Below are positions 1-9,171 of a stretch of DNA of 41,053 bases, piece by piece. The translations under genes were made by a program, and so were the position numbers. Below the pieces are notes generated by a model. The model did no database searches. It was given only the letters and a program-made list of their open reading frames with translations, and was not told the origin of the DNA. The DNA is from Lentisphaeria bacterium. Lineage in GTDB: Bacteria; Verrucomicrobiota; Lentisphaeria; JABSQK01; JAWLHB01. The first letter of the stretch is position 1; each line of letters starts with the position of its first letter. The stretch lies in NCBI GenBank assembly GCA_041690595.1, contig JAWLHB010000059.1:1-41053 (forward strand), read 5' to 3'.

Positions 1-591
1 GCCGATGCGCACCAGCGGCCCCCTGCTCTGACCGAGCAGACACCGATCGCCATCGACGATCAGCATGATGGCCACCGGGTCGGTGCGCGGAAAATGGTCC
101 GCGCCGCAGCCGGGGCACGTACGAACCACGCCGCCCCGGCGCTGCTCGGTGCGCTCGCCACACCCGCTGCAGAACTGGTGACGCTGGTGCCAGCCGATCT
201 GCGCGCGCGCCTGCGCGAGGATGCCGGTCTCCGCGCCCGGCAGCGCCATGGCCGCGCTGCGCGATTCCTGGAACGACAGCCCGGCGGAGAGATTGAGCTC
301 GTGGTTGGGGTCGTGGATGGCGGAGATGTCCTGGGCGAAGCACGCCACGCCCTGCTCATCGAGGCCCAGGAACACGGGAGGCACGTCCACCTCGAGCCAG
401 CGGATGTCGTCATACTTCAGCCAAGCCAGGCGCGGCGCGGGGCCCAAGGCGTCGACCAGCACATTGAGCTGGTGCATGGGCAGATAGCGGGTCTCGGGCG
501 CGCGGGCTGCGGCCTCCAGCCACGCGGGGTCGCGCCGCTCCACGTCGCCTCGGTCAAGCGGGTTGCCGGCAAAGGTGTGGACAAAGGACAC
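1..591 (-). CDS. nudC: NAD(+)/NADH diphosphatase NudC (5' part; runs off window start)
   Basis: Not in the ORF track. Manual translation from GTG at 591 (GAAGGAG RBS upstream) gives MSFVHTFAGNPLDR...AQARAQIGWHQRHQFCSGCG...CPGCGADHFPRTDPVAIMLI...CLLGQ. This is the NudC zinc ribbon followed by the FPRTDP motif. Confidence 0.9.
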   Translation of the reverse strand, partial: MSFVHTFAGNPLDRGDVERRDPAWLEAAARAPETRYLPMHQLNVLVDALGPAPRLAWLKYDDIRWLEVDVPPVFLGLDEQGVACFAQDISAIHDPNHELNLSAGLSFQESRSAAMALPGAETGILAQARAQIGWHQRHQFCSGCGERTEQRRGGVVRTCPGCGADHFPRTDPVAIMLIVDGDRCLLGQSRGPLVRIG

Positions 592-613
592 GGGCGGACT
601 CCTTCAAAAGCGA

Positions 614-1126
614 TCATTGTACGGGGGCGTCGCTTGGCGGGGGGCCTTCCGGGTCGAATGTACGCTGCGGCTGGTTGCTGAGATCGGCGCCGGTCACCCG
701 CACGAACCTGGCGCCCTCGGCGAATTCGATCGAGTGGATGTCGCCGACATCGAACAGCCCGGCCTGCCCGGGCTCGAGCCGGAAGCTCCGGACGGGCGTG
801 GCAACACCGTCCTCAGCGGACCATACCGTCATGTCGGTGTGACCCACCGCCTGACCGTACACGGCCCAGGAGCTGCCGTGGTCGTGAGGCGGCGCGCTGC
901 GCGGCGCCGTCATGTTGTAGGTGAGCACGCAGAAGCCCAGCTCCGCATCGGCATGGATCTGCTGCACGCCCGGCGGCTGGTCTGCCGCGAGATGCTCGGC
1001 GCGGAACGTCGGGTCGCGCAGCGCCTGCTCGAGCCTGCGCCGCACCTGCTCCCGGCCGTCGTGGTCGTCCCGCTCACGCAGGATGGCCCGCACGTCGTCA
1101 CAGAGTTGCTGAAGGGAATCGCTCAT
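614..1126 (-). CDS. Cupin-fold / cysteine dioxygenase-like metal-binding protein
   Basis: PPHDHGSSWAVY motif plus a distal 'GDIHSI' His, as in CDO-like cupins. Start taken at the ATG of MSDSLQQ (1126). Confidence 0.7.
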   Translation of the reverse strand: MSDSLQQLCDDVRAILRERDDHDGREQVRRRLEQALRDPTFRAEHLAADQPPGVQQIHADAELGFCVLTYNMTAPRSAPPHDHGSSWAVYGQAVGHTDMTVWSAEDGVATPVRSFRLEPGQAGLFDVGDIHSIEFAEGARFVRVTGADLSNQPQRTFDPEGPPPSDAPVQ

Positions 1127-1154
1127 GTTCGTAGACCTCGCGTTGCGTGGCAGG

Positions 1155-2182
1155 CTAACCGAGCACCAGCTCGGCGCAGGTGCGAAGCTGGGCGACATCG
1201 CGTGTCGACACCAGCAGCGAGGTCACCGGGCTGTCCCGCCAGGCCGCCAGGCCGCCAGGCGATCCTTGATCCGCTCCACCGGACCCACCAGCGAGATCTC
1301 ATCGGCGAGCTCGGTCGGAACCGCCGCCGCGGCCTCGTCCTTCTTGCCGGCAAGATACAGATCCTGGATTTTTTTCGCGGCCTCCGGAAACCCCATGCGC
1401 TGGATCAGCTCGTTGTGGAAGTTGCGCGACTTGGCACCCATGCCGCCGATGTACAGCGCGAGGTTGTGCTTCAGCGGCATCAGCGCCCTCTCGACGTCGT
1501 CGTCGATGATCACCGACACGCCCTGCATGATCTCGAAGCCGGACTTGGCGTGGGCGATCTGGTCGGCGTACACCTCCTGGCGGTAGGGCGAGCAATACAG
1601 GGGCAGCCAGCCGTCGGCGATCTCCGCCGTCATCGCCACGTTCTTCGGCCCCTCTGCGCCGAGGAAGATTGGCAGATCCGGCCGCAACGGATGGGTGATG
1701 GACTTGAGCGGCTTGCCCAGGCCCCACGATCCTTCGCCGGTGTAAGGCAGCGGATAGTGCTCGCCGGCGCTGGTCACCGGCGCCTCGCGGCGCAGCACCT
1801 GTCTGATGATGTCGACGTACTCACGGGTGCGCGCCAGGGGCTTACCGAAGGGCCGACCGTACCAGCCCTCCACGACCTGGGGACCGGACACGCAGAGGCC
1901 GAGAATGACCCGCCCCTTGGACAGATGGTCGAGGGTCAGTGCGGCCATGGCGGTGGCGGTCGGCGCACGGGCGGAGAGCTGCGCGATGCCGGTGCCGAGG
2001 CGGATCCGTTCGGTGTGCGCCCCGATCCACGCCAGCGGCGTGAACACGTCCGAGCCCCAGGCTTCGGCGGTGAAGACTGCGTCGTAGCCGAGCCGTTCCG
2101 CCTCCTGAGCCATCGGTATCATGTTCGGGTTGGGCGCGGCGCCCCAGTACCCGAGTTGCAGGCCGAGCTTGAGATCTGCCAT
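1155..2182 (-). CDS. LLM-class F420-dependent oxidoreductase (frameshift near C-terminus)
   Basis: MADLKLGLQLGYWG, AEAWGSD, TLDHLSKGR..LG..SGPQVVEGWYG and GPKN motifs. The natural C-terminus (..AAWRDSPVTSLLV..ELVLG*) continues in another frame to a stop at 1155. Confidence 0.88.
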
Positions 2183-2328
2183 GGCGTTCCTTCCTGAGCG
2201 GCATCTGGAGGCAATGGCCCCCAGTGTGTCCATCGTGATGGCGATTATAGGGACCTTAGGAAAATTAGCTTCACCGGATAAACTCGCGAATCCTCCGCGA
2301 CGGGTGCTGGCCAGGCCACGCTTACAGG

Positions 2329-2346
2329 CATCAAATGATGTACGAT
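2329..2346 (+). promoter_or_regulatory. Putative vapBC operator palindrome with adjacent -10 box
   Basis: CATCA-AA-TGATG palindrome followed directly by TACGAT, about 30 bp upstream of the vapB ATG. TA operons usually autoregulate through such sites. Confidence 0.4.
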
Positions 2347-2376
2347 TCTACGCCCACCCAGCGAGGCACGACCGCC

Positions 2377-2574
2377 ATGCGGACCACCCTCAACATCGAC
2401 GAGGATCTGCTCGACCAAGCCCAGCGGATGACCGGTATCCAGGAGAAAGCTGCCCTGGTGCGTGAGGGGTTGCGCGCGCTCATCGAGCGCGAGAGCGCCC
2501 GGCGCCTGGCCAAGCTTGGAGGATCCGACCCCGACCTTCGCCCCGTGCCGAGGCGTCGCACCGACCCGGCATGA
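2377..2574 (+). CDS. vapB: Type II TA antitoxin, VapB family (RHH)
   Basis: MRTTLNIDEDLL..A...TG..EKAALVREGLRALIERESARRLAKLGGS. ATGA overlap with the downstream PIN gene. Confidence 0.88.
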   Translation: MRTTLNIDEDLLDQAQRMTGIQEKAALVREGLRALIERESARRLAKLGGSDPDLRPVPRRRTDPA

Positions 2575-2939
2575 TCCTCGTGGACACGTCGGTCTGGGTG
2601 GACCACCTGCGGCGCAGCGATGCTCGCCTGGTCCGCGCTCTGACCGACGCTCAGGTGCTCACTCACCCCTTCGTGATCGGCGAGCTGGCGTGCGGCAATC
2701 TGAAGCGACGCGCGACTGTGCTTTCGCTGCTACGAGACCTGCCCCGAAGCAGCCTCGCCAGCGATGACGAGGTGTTGTTCTTCATCGAGCAGCAGTCCCT
2801 CATGGGCCGGGGTATCGGCTATGTCGACGCGCATCTGCTCGCCGCTGTCACGCTGAGCGGCGGCACGAAGCTTTGGACTCGGGACAAGCGGCTCAGTGCG
2901 CTCGCTGGTGAGCTCGGACTTGCGCACGTGCCGACATAG
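2571..2939 (+). CDS. vapC: Type II TA toxin, VapC PIN-domain RNase
   Basis: MILVDTSVWVDHLR, HPFVIGELACG, GIGYVDAHLLA and LWTRDKRL give the PIN acidic residues. Confidence 0.92.
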   Translation: MILVDTSVWVDHLRRSDARLVRALTDAQVLTHPFVIGELACGNLKRRATVLSLLRDLPRSSLASDDEVLFFIEQQSLMGRGIGYVDAHLLAAVTLSGGTKLWTRDKRLSALAGELGLAHVPT

Positions 2940-3019
2940 CGCGAGCGTCACGGAAAGCCCAGCGCGCTCCCGGCGTGAGCTGAGAACCGCCCCTCGCACT
3001 GGTTCCACGCGTCGGTGCG

Positions 3020-4156
3020 CTAATCCAGGTCCAGAGGCCGATAGTAATCCTTCCCCTGCGCCTCGTACTCCCGCCTCAGCTCCCGGAACGTCTCGCCGGC
3101 CGATCCCTCTTCCGACAAGGTGAGGTTCTGGCGGAAGAAATTAATGCTCTCCGGATTCAGCGACTGCGCCAGGTTCCAGTAGTGCTCGGCGTTGTCTCTG
3201 CGGCCGTGGCTTCGGAACAGGTTGGCGAGCCGAAACGCCGCATCGGCTTTCTGCTGATCGACGCTGAACTCGCGGATGTTGCCGGTGACCGCGGCGGCCG
3301 ACTGCACGTACTTGCTCGCCGCGCCCTTGGCGGCCCAGTCCTTGACGGCCGGCGCATAGACGTCGGTGCCGAACCGGATCTTCTGCTTGCCTTCGCCGAG
3401 CTCGTGGCTCTTCGCATAGGCGCCTTCGTCGATGCGAACGATTCTGCCCGTCTCGTCCACCCAGGCCGCCGACGGCACGTTCACGAAGTGGAAGGCACTG
3501 CTGATGAGATGGTTCTCGTCGACGATCTGGACGTAGGTGGGACTGGCGGCATCGAAGATCGGCCCCGCGACCGCCTCGCCGCCGGTATCCTCCGCCACCG
3601 AGATGATGACGAAATTCGGATCGTTGATGTCTTCGTAGATACGTTGCCACACGGGCACGTCAAATTGGCATCCTCACCACGAGGACCAAGTGACGATCAG
3701 GGCTTTCTTGCCGGCGAAGTCCGCCATCTGGATGACGTTGCCCTGACGGTCCGGCACCTCGAAGTCCGGCGCCATGGCGTCGACCATCATGCTTTCGCGC
3801 TTGGCGGGTATCTCGGCGAAGCTCCAGACCCGGGCTTCCTCGTCCGCTATGTAGGGCTGTTCGAGGAGATCGGCAAAGGCGGTCAGATCGAACCATTGCC
3901 GGCCGTCCCGCTCGACGAGCAGCCGACCGTTCATCGGGATGCACATGTCCTGATAGCACGCGCCTTCCGGCTTCAACTCGAAGCCGTTCACCCGGCTGAG
4001 ATCTTCCGGCCGGATGAGCAGCCCGTCTCCAGGACCCGTTTGGTCGAGGCGGATCGTATGGCCCCGGTACAGAACCGTCGCCTGCCCCTGTGCGTGGATG
4101 GGCGTTTCGTCGAACGGGTGCCGCAGTTCCGGATACGCCATGAAATTTCTGGCCAT
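3020..4156 (-). CDS. Selenocysteine-containing redoxin (TlpA/ResA/AhpC-TSA-like, W-x-x-W-U-G-C motif); one CDS read through UGA at 3674-3676
   Basis: ORFs 3674..4156 and 3020..3658 are in the same frame, joined by TGA-GGA-TGC-CAA-TTT-GAC. This reads APDFEVPDRQG...GKKALIVTWSSW[U]GCQFDVPVWQ, placing the TGA at the redox-active Cys position. Start could be 4141. Confidence 0.85.
3641..3660 (-). promoter_or_regulatory. Candidate bacterial SECIS hairpin
   Basis: The mRNA 13 nt after the UGA reads ACGU-GCC-[CGUGU]-GGC-A-ACGU: a 7-bp stem with one bulge and a G at loop position 2. Confidence 0.6.
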
Positions 4157-4292
4157 GGACGTCGCCTCTGGCGTTTGGAGTTGACCCTCATCCTAGCGGA
4201 GTCGGGTTGGGCGGAGAAGGCGCTTCGTGAAACTGTGGACAACTACGCAGTCAGCATTTGACCACACGGTGGGCGAATTCACGACAGGCGCC

Positions 4293-4870
4293 TCAGGGCG
4301 ATAGCCCCGCGTCGATCACCAGCTCAGTGCCGGTGATGTAGGCGGACTCGTCGCTGGCCAGGAACAGCACGCGTTGGCGATGTCCCGCGGCTTGCCGAGC
4401 ACCCCGGTAGGCACCGCCGTCTCGGCCAGCTCGTGCGGGTCGATGGTGGGGCTGTTGCTGCCCGGCTGCAGGGCCTCCCCTCCCGCCTTGGTCCAGATGG
4501 GCGTGACGATGACGCCGGGGTGCACCGAGTTCACGCGGATGTTCCAGCGTTCCTGCGCGCATTCCAGCGCCACGCCCTTGGTGAGCAGGCGCACGCCGCC
4601 CTTGGTGGCGTTGCAGGCGGCGAGCCGGGCGCTGCCTTTCAGGCCCGCCAGCGACGACATGTTGATGATGGAGCCACCGCCACCCTCGTGCACCAGCGGA
4701 ATGGCGTGCCTTATGCCGAGGAACACGCCGTCGAGATTGATGCCTGCTGACGGTGCCAGTCAGCCAGCGACAGCTCCGCGATGCTCGACGCGATGCCAAT
4801 GCCGGCGTTGTCCACCAGAACGTCCAGGCGGCCGTGGCGCGCGCGGACACCGAGCACGCACCCATTGGGC
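4293..4870 (-). pseudogene. Short-chain dehydrogenase/reductase (SDR) remnant
   Basis: Fragments in different frames: LDVLVDNAGI, GGGSIINMSS, CNATKGGV (catalytic Tyr appears replaced), RVNSVHPG, FLASDESAYITGTELVIDAG. The N-terminal Rossmann GxxxGxG is missing. Confidence 0.8.
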
Positions 4871-4981
4871 ATGCTGACGGTCTGAGGACTCCTGTTATCG
4901 CTCCGAATTAACCAGCGCTACCAACGGCCATGACGACATAGGCATTCGTCGGAGCTAATGGTTGGATGTCACAAGTTGCCA

Positions 4982-6585
4982 CAGACCGTGTAAAAACTCA
5001 GCGTCGCCGCCGGTTCCGATGCAGGGCCCCAGGTGCAGTTGATGAAGCGATCAACTTCTGGCTATCTCATCGCACGCAGTCGAGACGAGATCTCCAGTTC
5101 AGGCCCGTATTGCTGCTATCAGTTGCTGCGTTCCGATGATGGTTAGCAACCTTCTGAAGTTGTAGGCGAGCACGCTCAGGCTTACCTCGGTACTGACCTT
5201 GGGCAACGTGCGCGTGAGTAGTGGGTTAACGCCCATCCATGCCTTCAGCGTGCCGAAGGGATGCTCAACCGTCTGTCGGCGCATACGCATACGCTCGGGT
5301 TCGTTGTCGAGGCGCTGCTCAAGCGCTTCCAACACGGCCTCGTGCTCCCAACGACTGATCCGGCGCTGCACACCAGTCGTGCACTTGTCTTTGATCGAAC
5401 AAGTCGTACACGCCGAACTCCAGTAGCGCCGCATCATCTTTCCGTTCTCTTCTCTCGAGAAGCGATAGGTCGCAGCTTCGCCAGCTGGGCAGCGGTACTC
5501 GTCCTTCTCCGGGTCGTACACGAAGTCGCGCCTGCCAAAGAGGCCCTTTGCCTGGTTACCCGATCTCTGCGGCTTCGGCAGATAGGCCGTGACGCCAGCC
5601 TTTTCGCAGGCGAGAACCTCGCTCCCGTCGTAGTATCCGCGGTCGGCTACGACCTCCAGCGTTTCTGCACCGAGCGCTTCCTTCGCCTGCTTGGCCATGC
5701 TGGCGAGCTGGCCGTAGTCGAGGCCATCGTTGGTAACTTCATGAGCGACGATCAGATGGTTCTTCGTGTCGACCGCGGCCTGCACGTTGTAGCCGACCAC
5801 GAGCTTCCCTCTGCCCGCACTGGTCATCGCGCGGGCGTCGGGGTCCGTCAGCGAGATCTGCTGATCCGGAGCTGACAGCACCTGATCCTCCATCTCCTTC
5901 AGCTGAACCATTTCCTTTTTCAGGGCTTCGATCTTGCCCGTAAGCCGCTGCACTTTGCCCTTGCTCGCCTTGGGCTCACGTCGATCTTCGCTCGCGATCT
6001 CACCCAGGTAGCGTTCGATGCTCTCGTCGATCTGACGAAGACGCCCCTTGAGCTTCGCCTTGGTGAAGTTGCGGTTACGGTTGTTCACGCCCTTGAACTT
6101 GCTCCCGTCGATCGCTACGGCCGTGTCGACGAGCAGCCCAAGCTTTCGGCAGAGAACGACGAACTCCCTGCAGACCGCACGGATCGCTTCGCCGTTGTTC
6201 TTGCGGAAGTCCGCGATGGTCTTGAAGTCGGGCGCCAGTCGACCTGTGAGCCACATCAGCTCGATATTTCGCTGGGCTTCCCGCTCCAACCGGCGCGACG
6301 ACTGCACGCGATTCAGGTAGCCGTAGACGTACAGCTTCAACATAGTGCGAGGGTGATAGGCGGGGCGGCCGGTCGCGTTAGGCTCGATACGGAATCCGAT
6401 CTTCGAGAGATTACGCTCGTCGACGAACACGTCGATCGCGCGAACATCGTTGTCTTCGGCGACGTATTCATCAAGGCTTTCGGGGAAGAGCGTGACCTGG
6501 CTCCGGCACTGACCTTCGATGAATCCGCTCATCCGAAGCCCCTGCTCTGGGATGGCTGATTATACCGGAGTTTTCACACAGTCTG
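4982..6585 (-). mobile_element. IS1182-family insertion sequence
   Basis: Terminal inverted repeats CAGACCGTGTAAAAACTC (4982-4999) and GAGTTTTCACACAGTCTG (6568-6585), matching at 16/18, flank a single transposase. Confidence 0.88.
5099..6532 (-). CDS. IS1182-family DDE transposase
   Basis: GRPAYHP..MLKLYVYGY..SSRRLE, PDFKTIADFR, AIDGSK, TDPDAR, ADRGY and R..TVEHPFGTLK motifs. Confidence 0.95.
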   Translation of the reverse strand: MSGFIEGQCRSQVTLFPESLDEYVAEDNDVRAIDVFVDERNLSKIGFRIEPNATGRPAYHPRTMLKLYVYGYLNRVQSSRRLEREAQRNIELMWLTGRLAPDFKTIADFRKNNGEAIRAVCREFVVLCRKLGLLVDTAVAIDGSKFKGVNNRNRNFTKAKLKGRLRQIDESIERYLGEIASEDRREPKASKGKVQRLTGKIEALKKEMVQLKEMEDQVLSAPDQQISLTDPDARAMTSAGRGKLVVGYNVQAAVDTKNHLIVAHEVTNDGLDYGQLASMAKQAKEALGAETLEVVADRGYYDGSEVLACEKAGVTAYLPKPQRSGNQAKGLFGRRDFVYDPEKDEYRCPAGEAATYRFSREENGKMMRRYWSSACTTCSIKDKCTTGVQRRISRWEHEAVLEALEQRLDNEPERMRMRRQTVEHPFGTLKAWMGVNPLLTRTLPKVSTEVSLSVLAYNFRRLLTIIGTQQLIAAIRA

Positions 6586-6779
6586 TGGCATGTCGTGTCA
6601 GTTCCCCACCCAGATGGGAATGCGAATCCAAGGCCTACAAGCATTTCAGCCTACAGATTCGGGAAGCCTCGAGGTGGTATACGTCTACGAACGCACACTG
6701 GCCAGATTGACCGCCCTCTAGGAAGAACAAGCTAGACCCCTGAACGAATCCACTGCAATTGTAGGAGCGAAAGCGCGTG

Positions 6780-6825
6780 CGAGCATCGAGCATCGAGCAT
6801 CGAGCATCGAGCATCGAGCATCGAG
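6780..6825. repeat. Heptanucleotide tandem repeat (CGAGCAT)x6.5
   Basis: Six perfect GAGCATC units at 6781-6822 plus partial units. Confidence 0.95.
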
Positions 6826-7021
6826 TGGTAGGTTTGAAAGGAAGGCAGCAATTGTCTATGTCGCAATTCTCGCCGTCCTTGCGGACGCGGATAGGAGATT
6901 GCTTCGGCGGCCATGATCCACGAAGGAATCCCAGGACTCAAGATCCCGTGTCGGCTGTTCCAAAGGGCGCTTTTCGACTCCCCGCGGTGTTAGTGTTGCT
7001 CCTTCAACGACCGGCGAATAC

Positions 7022-7068
7022 ATTAAATGCAAACACCGTGTTGCAATGGTGATGCATTTAATTAGGAT
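7022..7068 (+). promoter_or_regulatory. Putative sigma70 promoter of the dpd operon embedded in an inverted repeat (operator)
   Basis: ATTAAATGCA (7022-7031) and TGCATTTAAT (7053-7062) are perfect arms with inner CACC/GGTG. TTGCAA (7041-7046), a 16-bp spacer and TAGGAT (7063-7068) lie just upstream of the first operon gene. Confidence 0.55.
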
Positions 7069-7082
7069 ATGTCTCGAATGTC

Positions 7083-8084
7083 ATGGAACAAAAAATGCCA
7101 TCGAGACTCTACGACTTCAGCCTCATTACTGCCTGCACGGCCCGCAAGCGGGTCCCGGCGCACCCGCGGCTAAACGCATGTGATTTGCCTAATGGCACTC
7201 AAGAGGCGGTCCTTGGTGCCTGGATGGGACAACTGGAGTCCGTGACCTCCGCAACACCCGTGCCGGGGCGCCTTGCAAGTCGAACTTACTGCGGCCGAGG
7301 TTTCGCGGAAGCACTGACCGCAGCGGGAGAGAAGAGCGCGCTTTATGTTGTGTCAGCGGGGCTCGGGCTGATTCGTTCAACCGACATAATTCCTTCTTAC
7401 GCCTTGACCGTAGCGGGAAAGGGAAGGGACAACATCGCGGCAAAGGTAGCTGGGTTCAACCTCACCGACTGGTGGACTGGCCTCAGGGATTCACCTTGCT
7501 CGGTGGGCGATGTTAAGCAGGCCTTCAAGGATAGCGGTTCGGTCGTCATTGTGGCGGTTCCGCATACCTACTATTTGATGATAGAACGCGAACTGAATTT
7601 GCTGGAACACCGCAATCGCGAACGACTGCGCATCGTCGGTGTGGCGCCATCAAAGGTGGCACACTCACTCCAGAAGTACGTTATGCCATTCGATGAGAGA
7701 TTGGACGGTCCCGACAGTCCGATTCCGGGGACGAAAGCAGATTTTTCGCAACGTGCTGGTCGTTACCTCATTGAGCATGTGATCGCAGAGGCCCCAATGA
7801 ACTCCGCAGACGAACACGCGCGTCGCGTGCGCGAATTAGTTCGCGCTTGGCGAAGACCACAGAAGCGCCGTCGGCAAAAGCTTTCAGACGATGAAGTTAA
7901 ATCTCAGATCAGGAACTCCTGGGACGCTGTGGAGGGGCGTAGTTCGATCATGCTCCGTTACTTCCGCGATAACTTGGGAGTTGCCTGCGAGCAGACGAGA
8001 TTCAAAAACCTATTCAAAGAAGTGGCGATCGAGCGGGAGGCAACAAATGAGTGGATACATACGTGTCCGAGCATTACGAACTAG
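7083..8084 (+). CDS. YaaA/DUF6884-like protein, probable DpdC-type accessory factor
   Basis: ITACTARK...A...YCGRGF...LYVVSAGLGLI..IPSYALT resembles the YaaA-like fold. It is the first gene of the dpdA operon, and DpdC is known to carry YaaA-like similarity. Confidence 0.55.
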   Translation: MEQKMPSRLYDFSLITACTARKRVPAHPRLNACDLPNGTQEAVLGAWMGQLESVTSATPVPGRLASRTYCGRGFAEALTAAGEKSALYVVSAGLGLIRSTDIIPSYALTVAGKGRDNIAAKVAGFNLTDWWTGLRDSPCSVGDVKQAFKDSGSVVIVAVPHTYYLMIERELNLLEHRNRERLRIVGVAPSKVAHSLQKYVMPFDERLDGPDSPIPGTKADFSQRAGRYLIEHVIAEAPMNSADEHARRVRELVRAWRRPQKRRRQKLSDDEVKSQIRNSWDAVEGRSSIMLRYFRDNLGVACEQTRFKNLFKEVAIEREATNEWIHTCPSITN

Positions 8085-9171
8085 GCAGGGAGATGGGCTG
8101 GAGTTGTACTCGTTCTTTATTCCGGGAGCCAAGGTCTCTGAGATTGCAGACATTAGTCGCATTCATCGGGACCACAAGGAAGAACTGCAGGGATTTCAAC
8201 GCAAGGAAATTAAGAATCACGTCAAGGCGATCGTAGAGTACCTGAATCAGGGAAATGTCCTATTCCCCAATGCCATCATCCTGGCGCTTGCGCCGGAGAT
8301 TGAGTTTAAGCAAGCAAGAGGGCGAGCGCCTGAGGGCGCTTTGGAAGTCGGTGAGATTGGAACACTCTCCATTCCTGTTCGAAAACCGGGAGATCGCGTC
8401 GCATGGATTGTAGATGGTCAGCAGCGATCATTGGCGCTATCGAAAAGCACCAATCAATCGTTGCCAGTGCCAGTCATCGCGTTTGTGGCAGAGGACCTGG
8501 AAACGCAGCGGGAGCAGTTCATCCTCGTGAATAAGGCGAAGCCGCTGCCCTCCCAGCTAATCAATGAGCTACTACCTGAGGTGGATCGACGACTTCCCAG
8601 AGATCTGGCCATTCGGCGAATTCCGAGCGAACTATGCAACTTGCTAAATCGCGACCCCGACTCGCCTTTCTATGGCTTCATCAAGCGGGCATCAACCAGT
8701 GGCGACAAAGAAGCAGTCATTTCGGACACTTCAGTGATGGATATGATCAGCCGGTCGCTTGGCAATCCGCTAGGGGCGTTGTCCCAGTTCAAGGGACTTG
8801 GCACGGAACCGTCTGATGTCGAAAGCATGTACAAAATCTTGGTTCTGTTCTGGAACGAAGTAAAGACCGTGTTTCCCGAGGCGTGGGGACGCACACCGGC
8901 CAAGAGTCGCCTAATGCATGGAGCGGGCATCAAGGCTATGGGCGTGCTCATGGACCGGGTGGTGTCGCGCGCGATGACCTCGCGCAATCCACAGAAGGCT
9001 ATACGCAGTGCATTACAGAGTATCGCCGCTCAGTGTTGCTGGACTGAGGGCACGTGGGATGACCTGGGCCTAGGCTGGCGCGAGATTCAGAACGTGCCGC
9101 GCCACGTAAAGGCGCTTTCGGAACAGCTACTGCGCCTGGACTATGCCGCCTCCCAGGAAAGGGTGGCGTGA
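8047..9171 (+). CDS. dpdB: DGQHR-domain (DndB/DpdB-like) protein, copy 1
   Basis: Start at ATG 8047 after GGGAGG. Motifs GFQR.EI..HV..I..YL, FPNAIILA, IVDGQQR and QFILVN.AKPL. Adjacent to dpdA. Confidence 0.82.
   Translation: MSGYIRVRALRTRQGDGLELYSFFIPGAKVSEIADISRIHRDHKEELQGFQRKEIKNHVKAIVEYLNQGNVLFPNAIILALAPEIEFKQARGRAPEGALEVGEIGTLSIPVRKPGDRVAWIVDGQQRSLALSKSTNQSLPVPVIAFVAEDLETQREQFILVNKAKPLPSQLINELLPEVDRRLPRDLAIRRIPSELCNLLNRDPDSPFYGFIKRASTSGDKEAVISDTSVMDMISRSLGNPLGALSQFKGLGTEPSDVESMYKILVLFWNEVKTVFPEAWGRTPAKSRLMHGAGIKAMGVLMDRVVSRAMTSRNPQKAIRSALQSIAAQCCWTEGTWDDLGLGWREIQNVPRHVKALSEQLLRLDYAASQERVA

Noticed and set aside
563..2197. 544-aa + strand ORF, and similar long ORFs such as 94..681 and 3182..4261
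   Set aside because: Antisense shadows of well-supported minus-strand genes in GC-rich DNA, with no recognisable motifs.
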